Source of the DNA: an uncultured Dehalococcoidia bacterium
GTDB lineage: Bacteria; Chloroflexota; Dehalococcoidia; SZUA-161
Length of the DNA stretch: 50,743 bases
Direction of reading: 5' to 3'
NCBI GenBank assembly: GCA_964449845.1
Contig: CAYVES010000003.1
Span: 1-50,743 of the forward strand
Part shown: piece by piece, positions 1-7,791 of the stretch
Layout: each line of letters starts with the position of its first letter
Position numbering within the stretch: the stretch's first letter is position 1
Translations under genes and position numbers: made by a program
The notes under the pieces: model-generated
What the model was told of the DNA's origin: nothing
The model's input: only the letters and a program-made list of their open reading frames with translations
The model's database searches: none

Positions 1-678
1 GGCAGGCACTTCTACTACCTCTGCTCCAGAAGTTTCAAACAGGGAAGAGACGCCTGCGACGCCAGGATGCTCCCCAAGGACAAATTGGAAAGACTCATAA
101 TAGACCAGCTTCGGGCTAAAGTCCTGACGGATGAAAACCTGGAGAAGCTGGTGACACTGGTCAATGAGGAACTGCAATCCGTTTCCAGCGGTCTTCGCGA
201 TCATCTCGACGTCATCGACGCCGAGCTCAGAGATGTCAGAGCAAGACTATCTAAGCTTTACGATGCCCTGGAAACGGGTAAGCTGGAGCTGGACGACCTC
301 GCTCCCAGAATCAAGGAACTGAAGACCCGACAGGACGATCTGAGCAAGGCAAGAGTCCAGATAGAGGCTGAGGAGATTGCTCGCGGTGTTGAGGAAATTG
401 ATGTAAGTACGGTGAAAGCCTATGCTCAAGACCTGCGGAGCTTGCTCGGCGAGGCTGACATCACCGAAAGAAAGGCTTTCCTACGTTCGTTCATCAGACG
501 AATAGAGATCAGCAAGGACAAGGTTGCAATCCGTTACGATCTGCCGTTACCACAACCAGGGACTTCGAAGGAAAGGGTGGAGGTTCTACCTATTGATAAC
601 CTTGGTGGAGATAGGGGGATTCGAACCCCCGACCTCTGCGATGCGAACGCAGCGCTCTCCCAGTTGAGCTATATCCCC
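1..678. mobile_element. probable terminal segment of a tRNA-targeted integrated element (recombinase gene plus att-proximal tRNA 3' end)
   Basis: The recombinase gene converges on the 3' end of tRNA-Ala and overlaps it antisense. The rest of the element would lie left of the window. Confidence 0.45.
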
Positions 679-843
679 GTTTCCACCATCTTGGCGATAA
701 TAAAAGCCAGCCTTATCACTCGATGCCTCGAGAACAGTCCTTTCAGACTACTGGCGCCTATGAGGATAGCAAAAGCTGGTGATTCTGTCAAGCAAGGTTG
801 CACTCCCCACTGTATGTGGCGGCAGTCATTTGCCCACCGATGA
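1..843 (+). CDS. large serine recombinase, C-terminal part (5' end outside the window). The last ~80 codons are read-through across antisense tRNA-Ala.
   Basis: Frame 1 is open from base 1; GRHFYYLCSRSFKQGRDACDA precedes the first Met at 67. A Cys-containing ribbon-like segment is followed by a charged heptad-rich coiled-coil stretch and ...FLRSFIRRIEISKDKVAIRYDLPLP, typical of large serine recombinase C-termini. There is no stop until TGA 841-843. Confidence 0.65.
   Translation, partial: GRHFYYLCSRSFKQGRDACDARMLPKDKLERLIIDQLRAKVLTDENLEKLVTLVNEELQSVSSGLRDHLDVIDAELRDVRARLSKLYDALETGKLELDDLAPRIKELKTRQDDLSKARVQIEAEEIARGVEEIDVSTVKAYAQDLRSLLGEADITERKAFLRSFIRRIEISKDKVAIRYDLPLPQPGTSKERVEVLPIDNLGGDRGIRTPDLCDANAALSQLSYIPVSTILAIIKASLITRCLENSPFRLLAPMRIAKAGDSVKQGCTPHCMWRQSFAHR
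603..678 (-). tRNA. tRNA-Ala (anticodon CGC), CCA encoded
   Basis: The reverse complement reads GGGGATA TA GCTC AACTGGGA GAGC G CTGCG TTCGCAT CGCAG AGGTC GGGGG TTCGAAT CCCCC TATCTCC A CCA (76 nt). It forms a full cloverleaf with the G3:U70 alanine identity pair and anticodon loop TT-CGC-AT. Confidence 0.93.
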
Positions 844-897
844 GGTGTTTGGCCGCTGACCTCAGGGGGGTGGAGTTGCAACTCTGGAGAAGCTAAT

Positions 898-1362
898 CTA
901 GCGTGGGTGCTTCTTTCGCTGCCTCTTGCTTTCAATCGTGCGCAGTGTTTGCTCGTCGGTGCCGAAGTGATGTGCTATCTCATGCCATACCACTCTTTCA
1001 ATCTCTTCTTCAATCTGACCCCAGGAGTGGCAGCGAGCTTCGATTGGTTTGCGGAAAATGGTTATCTTGTCGGGCAGCACCATACCATATCCTCTATCTC
1101 GCCTGGTATGCGGCACGCCCTCATAGAGGCCGAGTAGCCCAAAACGGCTCCTGATTCTGGACCTGGCAAGTTGCGATGGAGTTGGCCAATCCGCTACAAC
1201 TACGTCGAGGTTCTCAAGCTTGTCCTGAAATTCCGATGGCAGCTCGCTAATAGTCTTCATGACTAGATCATAGAACTGTTCTCTGCGCAATGCTGCAAGC
1301 GTCTGGGCATCGCGGCCTTTAGGTCCGGCATTTCTTTCAACAGGGCTCTGTTCCTCTGACAT
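898..1362 (-). CDS. small zinc metallopeptidase family protein (zincin-like, DUF1025-type)
   Basis: 154-aa ORF with an HEIAHH (HExxH) motif near the C-terminus and the family-typical ...LENLDVVV..P.. core. Confidence 0.7.
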   Translation of the reverse strand: MSEEQSPVERNAGPKGRDAQTLAALRREQFYDLVMKTISELPSEFQDKLENLDVVVADWPTPSQLARSRIRSRFGLLGLYEGVPHTRRDRGYGMVLPDKITIFRKPIEARCHSWGQIEEEIERVVWHEIAHHFGTDEQTLRTIESKRQRKKHPR

Positions 1363-1380
1363 CGGATTCGGCCTGTGCCT

Positions 1381-1884
1381 TCAGATATTTTCAAGCTGGA
1401 CGATATGCGCCTCAGCTTTGCCTGCGTTGATATCAAGGAGGGCTACTGTGCCCAACCTTTGTTGATAGTAGGGAAAGGTCGCGCTGCCTGGGTTCACTAA
1501 GAGGGACCCTCTGATAGTTTGCACCATATCCCTGTGAGTATGGCCGAAAACGACGATATCGGGGGCCTTCTCAAGATTGTGCCGTTCTGGGCGTTCGATC
1601 AGGTCGCGGGCCCAGTACTGAGAGGAGTGTATCATGTACAGGGTAAGACCCTCAATGGTCAGGGTTTGGATCTCCTGTACGCGTTCATCTCGTATCCCGT
1701 AGTCGTCGTCACCTCTAGCTGCAAGTACCGGAGCTATACTCTGTAGTTCGTCCAGCACGGAAACAACGAATATGTCTCCAGCGTGCAGAATCAGGTCTAC
1801 GCCGCTAAAAACCTCCATCACCTGGGGAGGAGTCGCCTTCGCCACCTCAGGGATATGCGTGTCTGAAATCAGCCCAATACGCAT
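1381..1884 (-). CDS. metallophosphoesterase, YfcE/MJ0936 family
   Basis: MRIGLISDTHIP..., GD at HAGDI, and VFGHTH motifs, in a 167-aa protein. Confidence 0.85.
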   Translation of the reverse strand: MRIGLISDTHIPEVAKATPPQVMEVFSGVDLILHAGDIFVVSVLDELQSIAPVLAARGDDDYGIRDERVQEIQTLTIEGLTLYMIHSSQYWARDLIERPERHNLEKAPDIVVFGHTHRDMVQTIRGSLLVNPGSATFPYYQQRLGTVALLDINAGKAEAHIVQLENI

Positions 1885-2343
1885 GTGATACTTCTAGATG
1901 CTCCTCATGTGACAACCGAGAGAACGACCGCAATTCTTCCCTCGGCCTAACTTCGGCACCGCTATTATGCACCACAATGATGTCCTCAAACAAGGCACTT
2001 GCGTGCTTGTTTCGTTGCTCCTGTGTTGCGCACGGCTCGGTCGAAGGAAGAAGTCGGAGGCGCGCCAGTAGCACGCAACTAGTTGACATAATATGCAAAG
2101 TTGGTTGATGAGGTAATTCCAGGTGGTGCAGCCGTACTCCGAAAAAGGGACCACGCACTAGCTATCAGACCGGATAGCGATTACGAGGCGCTCAGAAAGG
2201 ACTCCCTCTTGCCGCTATTAAGTTGCTGACAAGAAACGCTACTACCTGGGCGTTGGGATAGCCTTCTTGCGTTTGGGGCATATGCCGTAGTAGAATGGCG
2301 TACTGACTTCAAGGCGCTACCTGATAAGAGTAGCTCGAAGTAG

Positions 2344-4131
2344 TTGTGGTGGCTCTTGGTTTTTATATGCCCAAAATGTGGCACGAAAAACCGCTTGCCT
2401 GACCTTTCACGGCCCGGTACAGTGCATCGGTGTGCTAAATGTGGGGCAAGGCTCAGTCATTCTCCTGAAGATGCACATCTGATGGACAAAAGCGGTGTCC
2501 TTTCCGAGGCCGGTACAGCAGAGGAGAAAAAAACCACCGTGACAGTGGCGGGGAACCCACTGAGGCGGGTTCTTGTTGTTCACCCATTTCTCTTCGCAGC
2601 CTTTCCCATCCTCGCTCTTTATGCCCATAATATGGCGGGACTCTCATTTTCCGAAACTTTGGTTCCTTTGGCGATAGCTCTGGGCTCTACGTCCCTGCTG
2701 CTTGCAGTTTCTTTCCTGGCAACTTGGCAAATCCTCAGGATACAAAAGTCGCCGCGATCAGGCCGCCCGTACCGACTGTGGGCATTAAGGAAAGCGGGGA
2801 TTCTTACATCGATCTTCATACTACTATTCTTCTCATATGGGCATGTCTTCGATATTATGCGGGGTCCTGTAAAGGACTTACTACCGATAATATGGCCAGG
2901 TCTTTTCGTCGGCGGTGCCTATTTGGTGCTAAGAACCCGCAGAGTCCTGGATAATGCGACGACTATTTTGAATGCGATGGCTATATCCCTTGTTGTGATT
3001 TCTTCGATAAGTATCGTAGCTTATGAAATGAAACGACCAAGTGTTCCTTGGCCGGAGGAAGCGCTACCAATCCCAGTACTTCCTGGAGAAATAGGTACGC
3101 CGCCAGACATCTACTACATTATCTTAGACGGCTATGCTAGTGCTAGCACCCTTGCCGAATTTTACGACTTTGACAATAGTGAATTCATCGACTACTTGAC
3201 CGGTAGAGGGTTCTACATAGCCTCTAGAAGTGTTTGTAACCATGTTTCAACTGATCACTCACTACCTTCTTCTCTGAACATGGAGTATCTTACTTATCTA
3301 AGTGAATACTTGGGAGAGGACGAAACGGACTTAAAGCCGCTCTACGACTTAGTACAAAACCAAGAAGTATGGCAATTCTTGAGGTGTAGGGGATACCGCT
3401 ACATACACATCGGGTCCTATGCGCAGCTGACGTTTAACAACGTGTACGCCGATGTGAACTTCAATAGCAACACGCTTTCAGAATTCCAACAGTTTCTATA
3501 CCTGAAGACTGCGCTCCGTCTTTTCCCCTCGATTGCAGATACATTTGGCTTCGCTACTGATCCTCGCTCGATGCAGTCAAAAACCGCGCTCTATCAATTC
3601 GAGAAACTAGCTCAAATACCCGACTTGAAGAAACATACTGGAGAGCCTCTGTTTGTTTTCGCCCACGTGGTCATTCCTCATGTCCCGTACGTATTTGATC
3701 GATATGGCAACATAGTGACGGAAGAGGTAACTGCTTCAAGAACTACTACCGAGAACTATCTCAATCAGCTAGTTGGCTGCAATGAGAAAGTGAAAGTGCT
3801 TGTTGACGAGATACTTGCGAAATCACTTGTTCCCCCAATCATAATACTGCAGGGAGATCACGGTCCATTGTCTTGGGGCCTATCTGACTGGTATACCCTA
3901 GGCGAGGATGAGCGGATGAAAGTACAGATGAGGATACTGAACGCATATCACTTTCCCGAAGGTGGCGATGAACTTCTATACGAGTCCATAAGCCCCGTTA
4001 ATAGCTTCAGGATAGCCTTTAATTTCTACTTTGGTGCCAGCTATGACTTGCTTAGTGACAAAAGCTACTACTCAGACAAAGAGACACCCTACCAGTTTGT
4101 CGACGTGACCGAGACGGTTAAGTATGATTGA
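2344..4131 (+). CDS. membrane protein with an N-terminal zinc ribbon, several TM helices and a sulfatase/alkaline-phosphatase-like (LTA-synthase-like) ectodomain
   Basis: CPKCGTKN...CAKCGARL (two CxxC pairs), then hydrophobic segments, then YYIILDGYAS and ILQGDHGP motifs. Only a TTG start (2344 or 2356) keeps the ribbon in frame. Confidence 0.55.
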   Translation: MWWLLVFICPKCGTKNRLPDLSRPGTVHRCAKCGARLSHSPEDAHLMDKSGVLSEAGTAEEKKTTVTVAGNPLRRVLVVHPFLFAAFPILALYAHNMAGLSFSETLVPLAIALGSTSLLLAVSFLATWQILRIQKSPRSGRPYRLWALRKAGILTSIFILLFFSYGHVFDIMRGPVKDLLPIIWPGLFVGGAYLVLRTRRVLDNATTILNAMAISLVVISSISIVAYEMKRPSVPWPEEALPIPVLPGEIGTPPDIYYIILDGYASASTLAEFYDFDNSEFIDYLTGRGFYIASRSVCNHVSTDHSLPSSLNMEYLTYLSEYLGEDETDLKPLYDLVQNQEVWQFLRCRGYRYIHIGSYAQLTFNNVYADVNFNSNTLSEFQQFLYLKTALRLFPSIADTFGFATDPRSMQSKTALYQFEKLAQIPDLKKHTGEPLFVFAHVVIPHVPYVFDRYGNIVTEEVTASRTTTENYLNQLVGCNEKVKVLVDEILAKSLVPPIIILQGDHGPLSWGLSDWYTLGEDERMKVQMRILNAYHFPEGGDELLYESISPVNSFRIAFNFYFGASYDLLSDKSYYSDKETPYQFVDVTETVKYD

Positions 4132-4325
4132 TAAGGTAGGCAACCTTACTTTGGCCGGGCGTTGACCGGGAAGGTGTCACGAGAAGTCTCAGATGCGAAG
4201 CAGATGTCAGCCCAATACGCATTAGGGTAATTCTACTCCAATCAACGGAGACAATCTTTCCCTGCCGTATGCTCTGATATGCTTCGCATGTAATCTTGGC
4301 CTTTGCAGGGGGCTTGCCGACTTGC

Positions 4326-4721
4326 TCAGTCTATTCTCTTTCCAAATCCTGGTACTCCTTGGTCGTAGATCTCCTCCACCTTGAGTTTGATCACCGCCCG
4401 CGGAGCTGGCATGCCCATTTTTTTCATTGCTTCTGTACTTTTCTCGAAAAGAGGTCCCTCGGTAATCATCTCAGCGGTGCCGGAGAATCGCAAGCATTGC
4501 ATCTTGGACATATCTCCCGCCACGATGGCTACCTTGGGATTCTTCTTGATGTTCTCGAAGGTGTGCTTTCCTGCTAACTCGGAGAATATTATGTGTTCCT
4601 CATCCAGAATCTGGACGGTTCCTTTGGGAGCAACGTTAGGGACACCATCGGGCGTAGCAGTGGCGACATAGGCCTGCTGCCCCTTTACCAGCGCTTTCAT
4701 CTCTTCGGTGATCTTTGCCAT
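4326..4721 (-). CDS. pyridoxamine 5'-phosphate oxidase-like FMN-binding split-barrel protein
   Basis: 131 aa; ...AYVATATPDGVPNVAPKG... is the typical PNPOx-like N-terminal strand pattern. It is the last gene of the minus-strand operon. Confidence 0.7.
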   Translation of the reverse strand: MAKITEEMKALVKGQQAYVATATPDGVPNVAPKGTVQILDEEHIIFSELAGKHTFENIKKNPKVAIVAGDMSKMQCLRFSGTAEMITEGPLFEKSTEAMKKMGMPAPRAVIKLKVEEIYDQGVPGFGKRID

Positions 4722-4746
4722 TTTTTGCCTCCTTAGTTACGGTTAG

Positions 4747-5748
4747 TTATTTGACAGGGGTTGTTGTCAATACCTGCATTACGTGGTGGAGGTTCGAGGC
4801 CGGCGTTGCCGGTGGGACTTCCGACTCGGAGGTAACAAAGAAGCTGCTCCCTCTGCCCTTGTCCAGCAGCTCTAATGTAGCCCTCTCGACATCCTCGGCG
4901 GAGCCAAGCAGGGCAGATGTAGGTATGCAGCGGCTGAAAAGCCTTCCGGTGGATGAGGATAGGCTCCTCAGGTCTGATACGTTTCCCAGGGGAAAGCCAT
5001 CTGCTTCTAGCTGTAAGAAGGCTGACAGGCTCTCAGCAGGGACTTCTGCGGTCTGTATGATGAGAGGAGCATCGTAAAAACCTGCCAGGTTGCGCAAGGT
5101 TTTGAGCACAGGTTGAATCTTGGGATAGTGGTCAGGCTTGAGTGAGGCTAAGTCCTCGTCGGCCAAGATCACGGCATCGAACTTGAGTTCGCCATAAGCC
5201 CTTGCCAGCGTCAAGGCGATCTTTCCCCAGAAATCGATCAGCTTGTGGAATGCCTGGCTGTTTATATCTGCTGCGGGGACAAAGGCATCGCCCATCAGGT
5301 GCCTGCTAAAGGTTATCGGTCCGGTGATTACTCCCAATATCGCTACCTCTTTTCCCACAGTCTGAGTCAGGCGCTTCGCCGCTTCGAGCACCACTGGAAT
5401 CCTGCCTTTGTTCTCAATCTCAGAGGCATCCAGAGCTTCCAAGTCTTTGTCGTCGGTTATGATAGGAGAGACCACATCAGGCGGCTGGCCTTCCTGCCAG
5501 GAGAGCTGACAGCCGCATGCCTCTGCCTCCAGGGTGGTATCGAACAGAATCACCACTCCATCGTATTTGAAAAGCCTTTGGCAGGCTTGCAGGGAATTGG
5601 GGAGCGTGGTGGGATCGGAGAACATCTGCCTAACCGGCACTTGCATAAATTGAGCAGCAGCGGTGGCGATGTAGGGAATAAAGGGAGGGCGGCTCACCGG
5701 TTTGGCTGCAAAGAGTGCCCGCACCAGTTCTTTGGAGCTTGCTGGCAT
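4747..5748 (-). CDS. uroporphyrinogen decarboxylase (URO-D)/MtaA-fold family protein
   Basis: 333 aa. The N-terminus ...RALFAAKPVSRPPFIPYIATAAAQFMQV... and overall pattern resemble URO-D/methylcobamide:CoM methyltransferase-like proteins. Its start lies 3 nt after the HyuB stop. Confidence 0.65.
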   Translation of the reverse strand: MPASSKELVRALFAAKPVSRPPFIPYIATAAAQFMQVPVRQMFSDPTTLPNSLQACQRLFKYDGVVILFDTTLEAEACGCQLSWQEGQPPDVVSPIITDDKDLEALDASEIENKGRIPVVLEAAKRLTQTVGKEVAILGVITGPITFSRHLMGDAFVPAADINSQAFHKLIDFWGKIALTLARAYGELKFDAVILADEDLASLKPDHYPKIQPVLKTLRNLAGFYDAPLIIQTAEVPAESLSAFLQLEADGFPLGNVSDLRSLSSSTGRLFSRCIPTSALLGSAEDVERATLELLDKGRGSSFFVTSESEVPPATPASNLHHVMQVLTTTPVK

Positions 5749-5751
5749 GGC

Positions 5752-7779
5752 TTACTTTATTCCTTCAGGCCAGGGGCCGTATGAGCGGATGATCTCTTCC
5801 TTTGGCTTTCTCTCAAGCCACCCTTTCATGAACTCGTCGAAGGGCTTTCCCTGCTTTTTCCTTCGCTCACGTTCGTGGTCACGAAGCTTCCTGGTCTCGG
5901 GATAATCGACCTCCAGTGTCTCTTCATCAAAGGCAACGTGATAAACATTCCTCGCTGCCCAGGCAGATGTTATCTGCTTTCTCACATCATCCATCGCCAT
6001 CTCGGGGTCTCGTTCCAGCACATCGCCGTAGCCGCCGGATGAGCCTGAGCCATTGGCTACGCCATCGCCATTCATGAAGAAATCCTGGGGAACGAATTGA
6101 GTTGCTTTGAACGTGACTTGTTTGCTGCTCGCTAGCTCGTGGTAACTCGAAGGGATTTCCTCGCTGGCATTTTCAAAAAGAGGTTGCCAGTCGGTATTCC
6201 TGATCTCGAGCAAGGGGTTGATACCTCCGGCATAGCCCCCGAAAAGTCCTGGGTTGTGGGGCATTCTGGAGGTGGCGGTATGAAAGATTAACCTCAACGG
6301 GCCCTTGGCATTATGAAAAGTGTAGCCTTGGCAGACGGTAGCTCCACCACGGAACTTGCCTGGGCCTCCTTGATCCATCATTATGTTGCGGAATAGGTGC
6401 AACACAGGGGTCTGAACCTCGCCGTGTTCCACATCCAGGCAATCGGCATACCCGGCGAACCAGGACTGGCCAGCGTCCATGCCATCTCTGAAAGGAGTAG
6501 CAGGGCCACCGCAAGCATTTATTATGATGGTGCCGATAGCCCCGATTACTATTCCCCCGTACTGGTCAATCCCACCACCGGCTGCCAGCCCGACGCCGCT
6601 CATTGACGGAGGGGAGGTCACTCGTTCATGGAGGTCGCTGTCGAACAAAAGCTTGGCCAGGCATACCATGATGCCGTTGACCACCAGGGCAGTGATCCTC
6701 ATCGACCCGGACATAGCCCGGTCGCTGGGTGCATTGACAATGGTTCCCGGAGGCACCTCGAAGCGAAATGGAGCGAGGAGCCCGGTGCTTACGGGGAAAT
6801 CGGCGAAAAGGTACTGTACCAGCAAGCCTAGGAGTAGCCCTCTGACCACGTGGGGCTTGCTATTGAGGAAGGACATAGTCGGGGGAGAGCTGCCGGAGAG
6901 GTCGACGGTCAAGGTGTCACCCTTCTTGATCAGGGCTATGTGGACACAGCCGAGTGCCTCCTCATTGCCCTGTAGGTCGAAGAAGATAACATGGCGGTAG
7001 GTTCCATCGTTGAGGCTGGCTATACGCTGCTTTCCTGCATCATAGACCACTTCCAGTGACTTGCGCATCAACCCGACGAAGAATCCCACCCCCTTCTGCT
7101 CTGCTATCTCCTGTAGTCTCTCTGCCATCTTGAAACAACAGGAGGCTTTGGCTTTCAGATCGTGCGGGGTTATCTTGTCACGCAACATGTTGCAGAAGAA
7201 GTCGAAGAAGTCTGCCTTGATCTGGAAGTTGGATCCCACCTTTACTGGCGGCGCCTTAACCCCCTCCTCATAGCGGCTTCGGGCGTAGGGTACATAGCCT
7301 GCAGGCTCTGTGGCCCCGGTCTCAGGCTCGTGGGCAGCGGCGACCACCCAGGCGATGAGCTCTCCCTTCCAGAAGACAGGTACCATGTTGAGCATGTCCT
7401 GATTGTGGAAGCCACCGTAGAGGACGTCGTTGCAGAAGAAGACATCTCCCTCATGTATGCCCACCGTGGGGTCGTCCTTGTAGTACTTGAGGATGTACTT
7501 GATGGGGATCTGCCCGGTGCAAATATGGAGGTAAGTGCCCACCGATGCCGCCACCAGGTCACCGGCAGCGGTATATACTCCCACGGCACAGTCCATCCCC
7601 TGGATCCCTGGAGAAAGGCCGGTCATGACCAGATTCTGCTTGGCCTCTTCACAAATGAGCTCGAGCTTCATCAAGTAAACTGAGAACTCATCGACACCGA
7701 TTTTGCCCATCCATTCTCGCTCAAGCTGTGTGGCTTCTTCGGGGTTCACACGGTTGAGAATTTCTTCATCAATAGGCAT
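5752..7779 (-). CDS. hydantoinase B/oxoprolinase-family subunit (acetone/acetophenone carboxylase HyuB-type)
   Basis: 675 aa; ...GSGSSGGYGDVLERDPEMAMDDVRKQ... is the characteristic HyuB C-terminal motif. Confidence 0.88.
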   Translation of the reverse strand: MPIDEEILNRVNPEEATQLEREWMGKIGVDEFSVYLMKLELICEEAKQNLVMTGLSPGIQGMDCAVGVYTAAGDLVAASVGTYLHICTGQIPIKYILKYYKDDPTVGIHEGDVFFCNDVLYGGFHNQDMLNMVPVFWKGELIAWVVAAAHEPETGATEPAGYVPYARSRYEEGVKAPPVKVGSNFQIKADFFDFFCNMLRDKITPHDLKAKASCCFKMAERLQEIAEQKGVGFFVGLMRKSLEVVYDAGKQRIASLNDGTYRHVIFFDLQGNEEALGCVHIALIKKGDTLTVDLSGSSPPTMSFLNSKPHVVRGLLLGLLVQYLFADFPVSTGLLAPFRFEVPPGTIVNAPSDRAMSGSMRITALVVNGIMVCLAKLLFDSDLHERVTSPPSMSGVGLAAGGGIDQYGGIVIGAIGTIIINACGGPATPFRDGMDAGQSWFAGYADCLDVEHGEVQTPVLHLFRNIMMDQGGPGKFRGGATVCQGYTFHNAKGPLRLIFHTATSRMPHNPGLFGGYAGGINPLLEIRNTDWQPLFENASEEIPSSYHELASSKQVTFKATQFVPQDFFMNGDGVANGSGSSGGYGDVLERDPEMAMDDVRKQITSAWAARNVYHVAFDEETLEVDYPETRKLRDHERERRKKQGKPFDEFMKGWLERKPKEEIIRSYGPWPEGIK

Positions 7780-7791
7780 GGCAGGGCTCCT

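Noticed and set aside
603-843. C-terminal 80 residues of the 67-843 ORF considered as a genuine protein domain.
   Set aside because: Residues encoded by 603-678 are simply the antisense tRNA, and the remainder has no recognisable pattern. I treat it as fortuitous read-through created by the insertion junction.
4205-4220. A 16-nt exact match (minus strand ATGCGTATTGGGCTGA) to the start of the YfcE-like gene at 1869-1884, suggesting a pseudogene fragment.
   Set aside because: A single 16-mer match is about what chance allows across both strands of a 50-kb window. Similarity decays immediately afterwards, and the 34-codon frame has no further family motifs.
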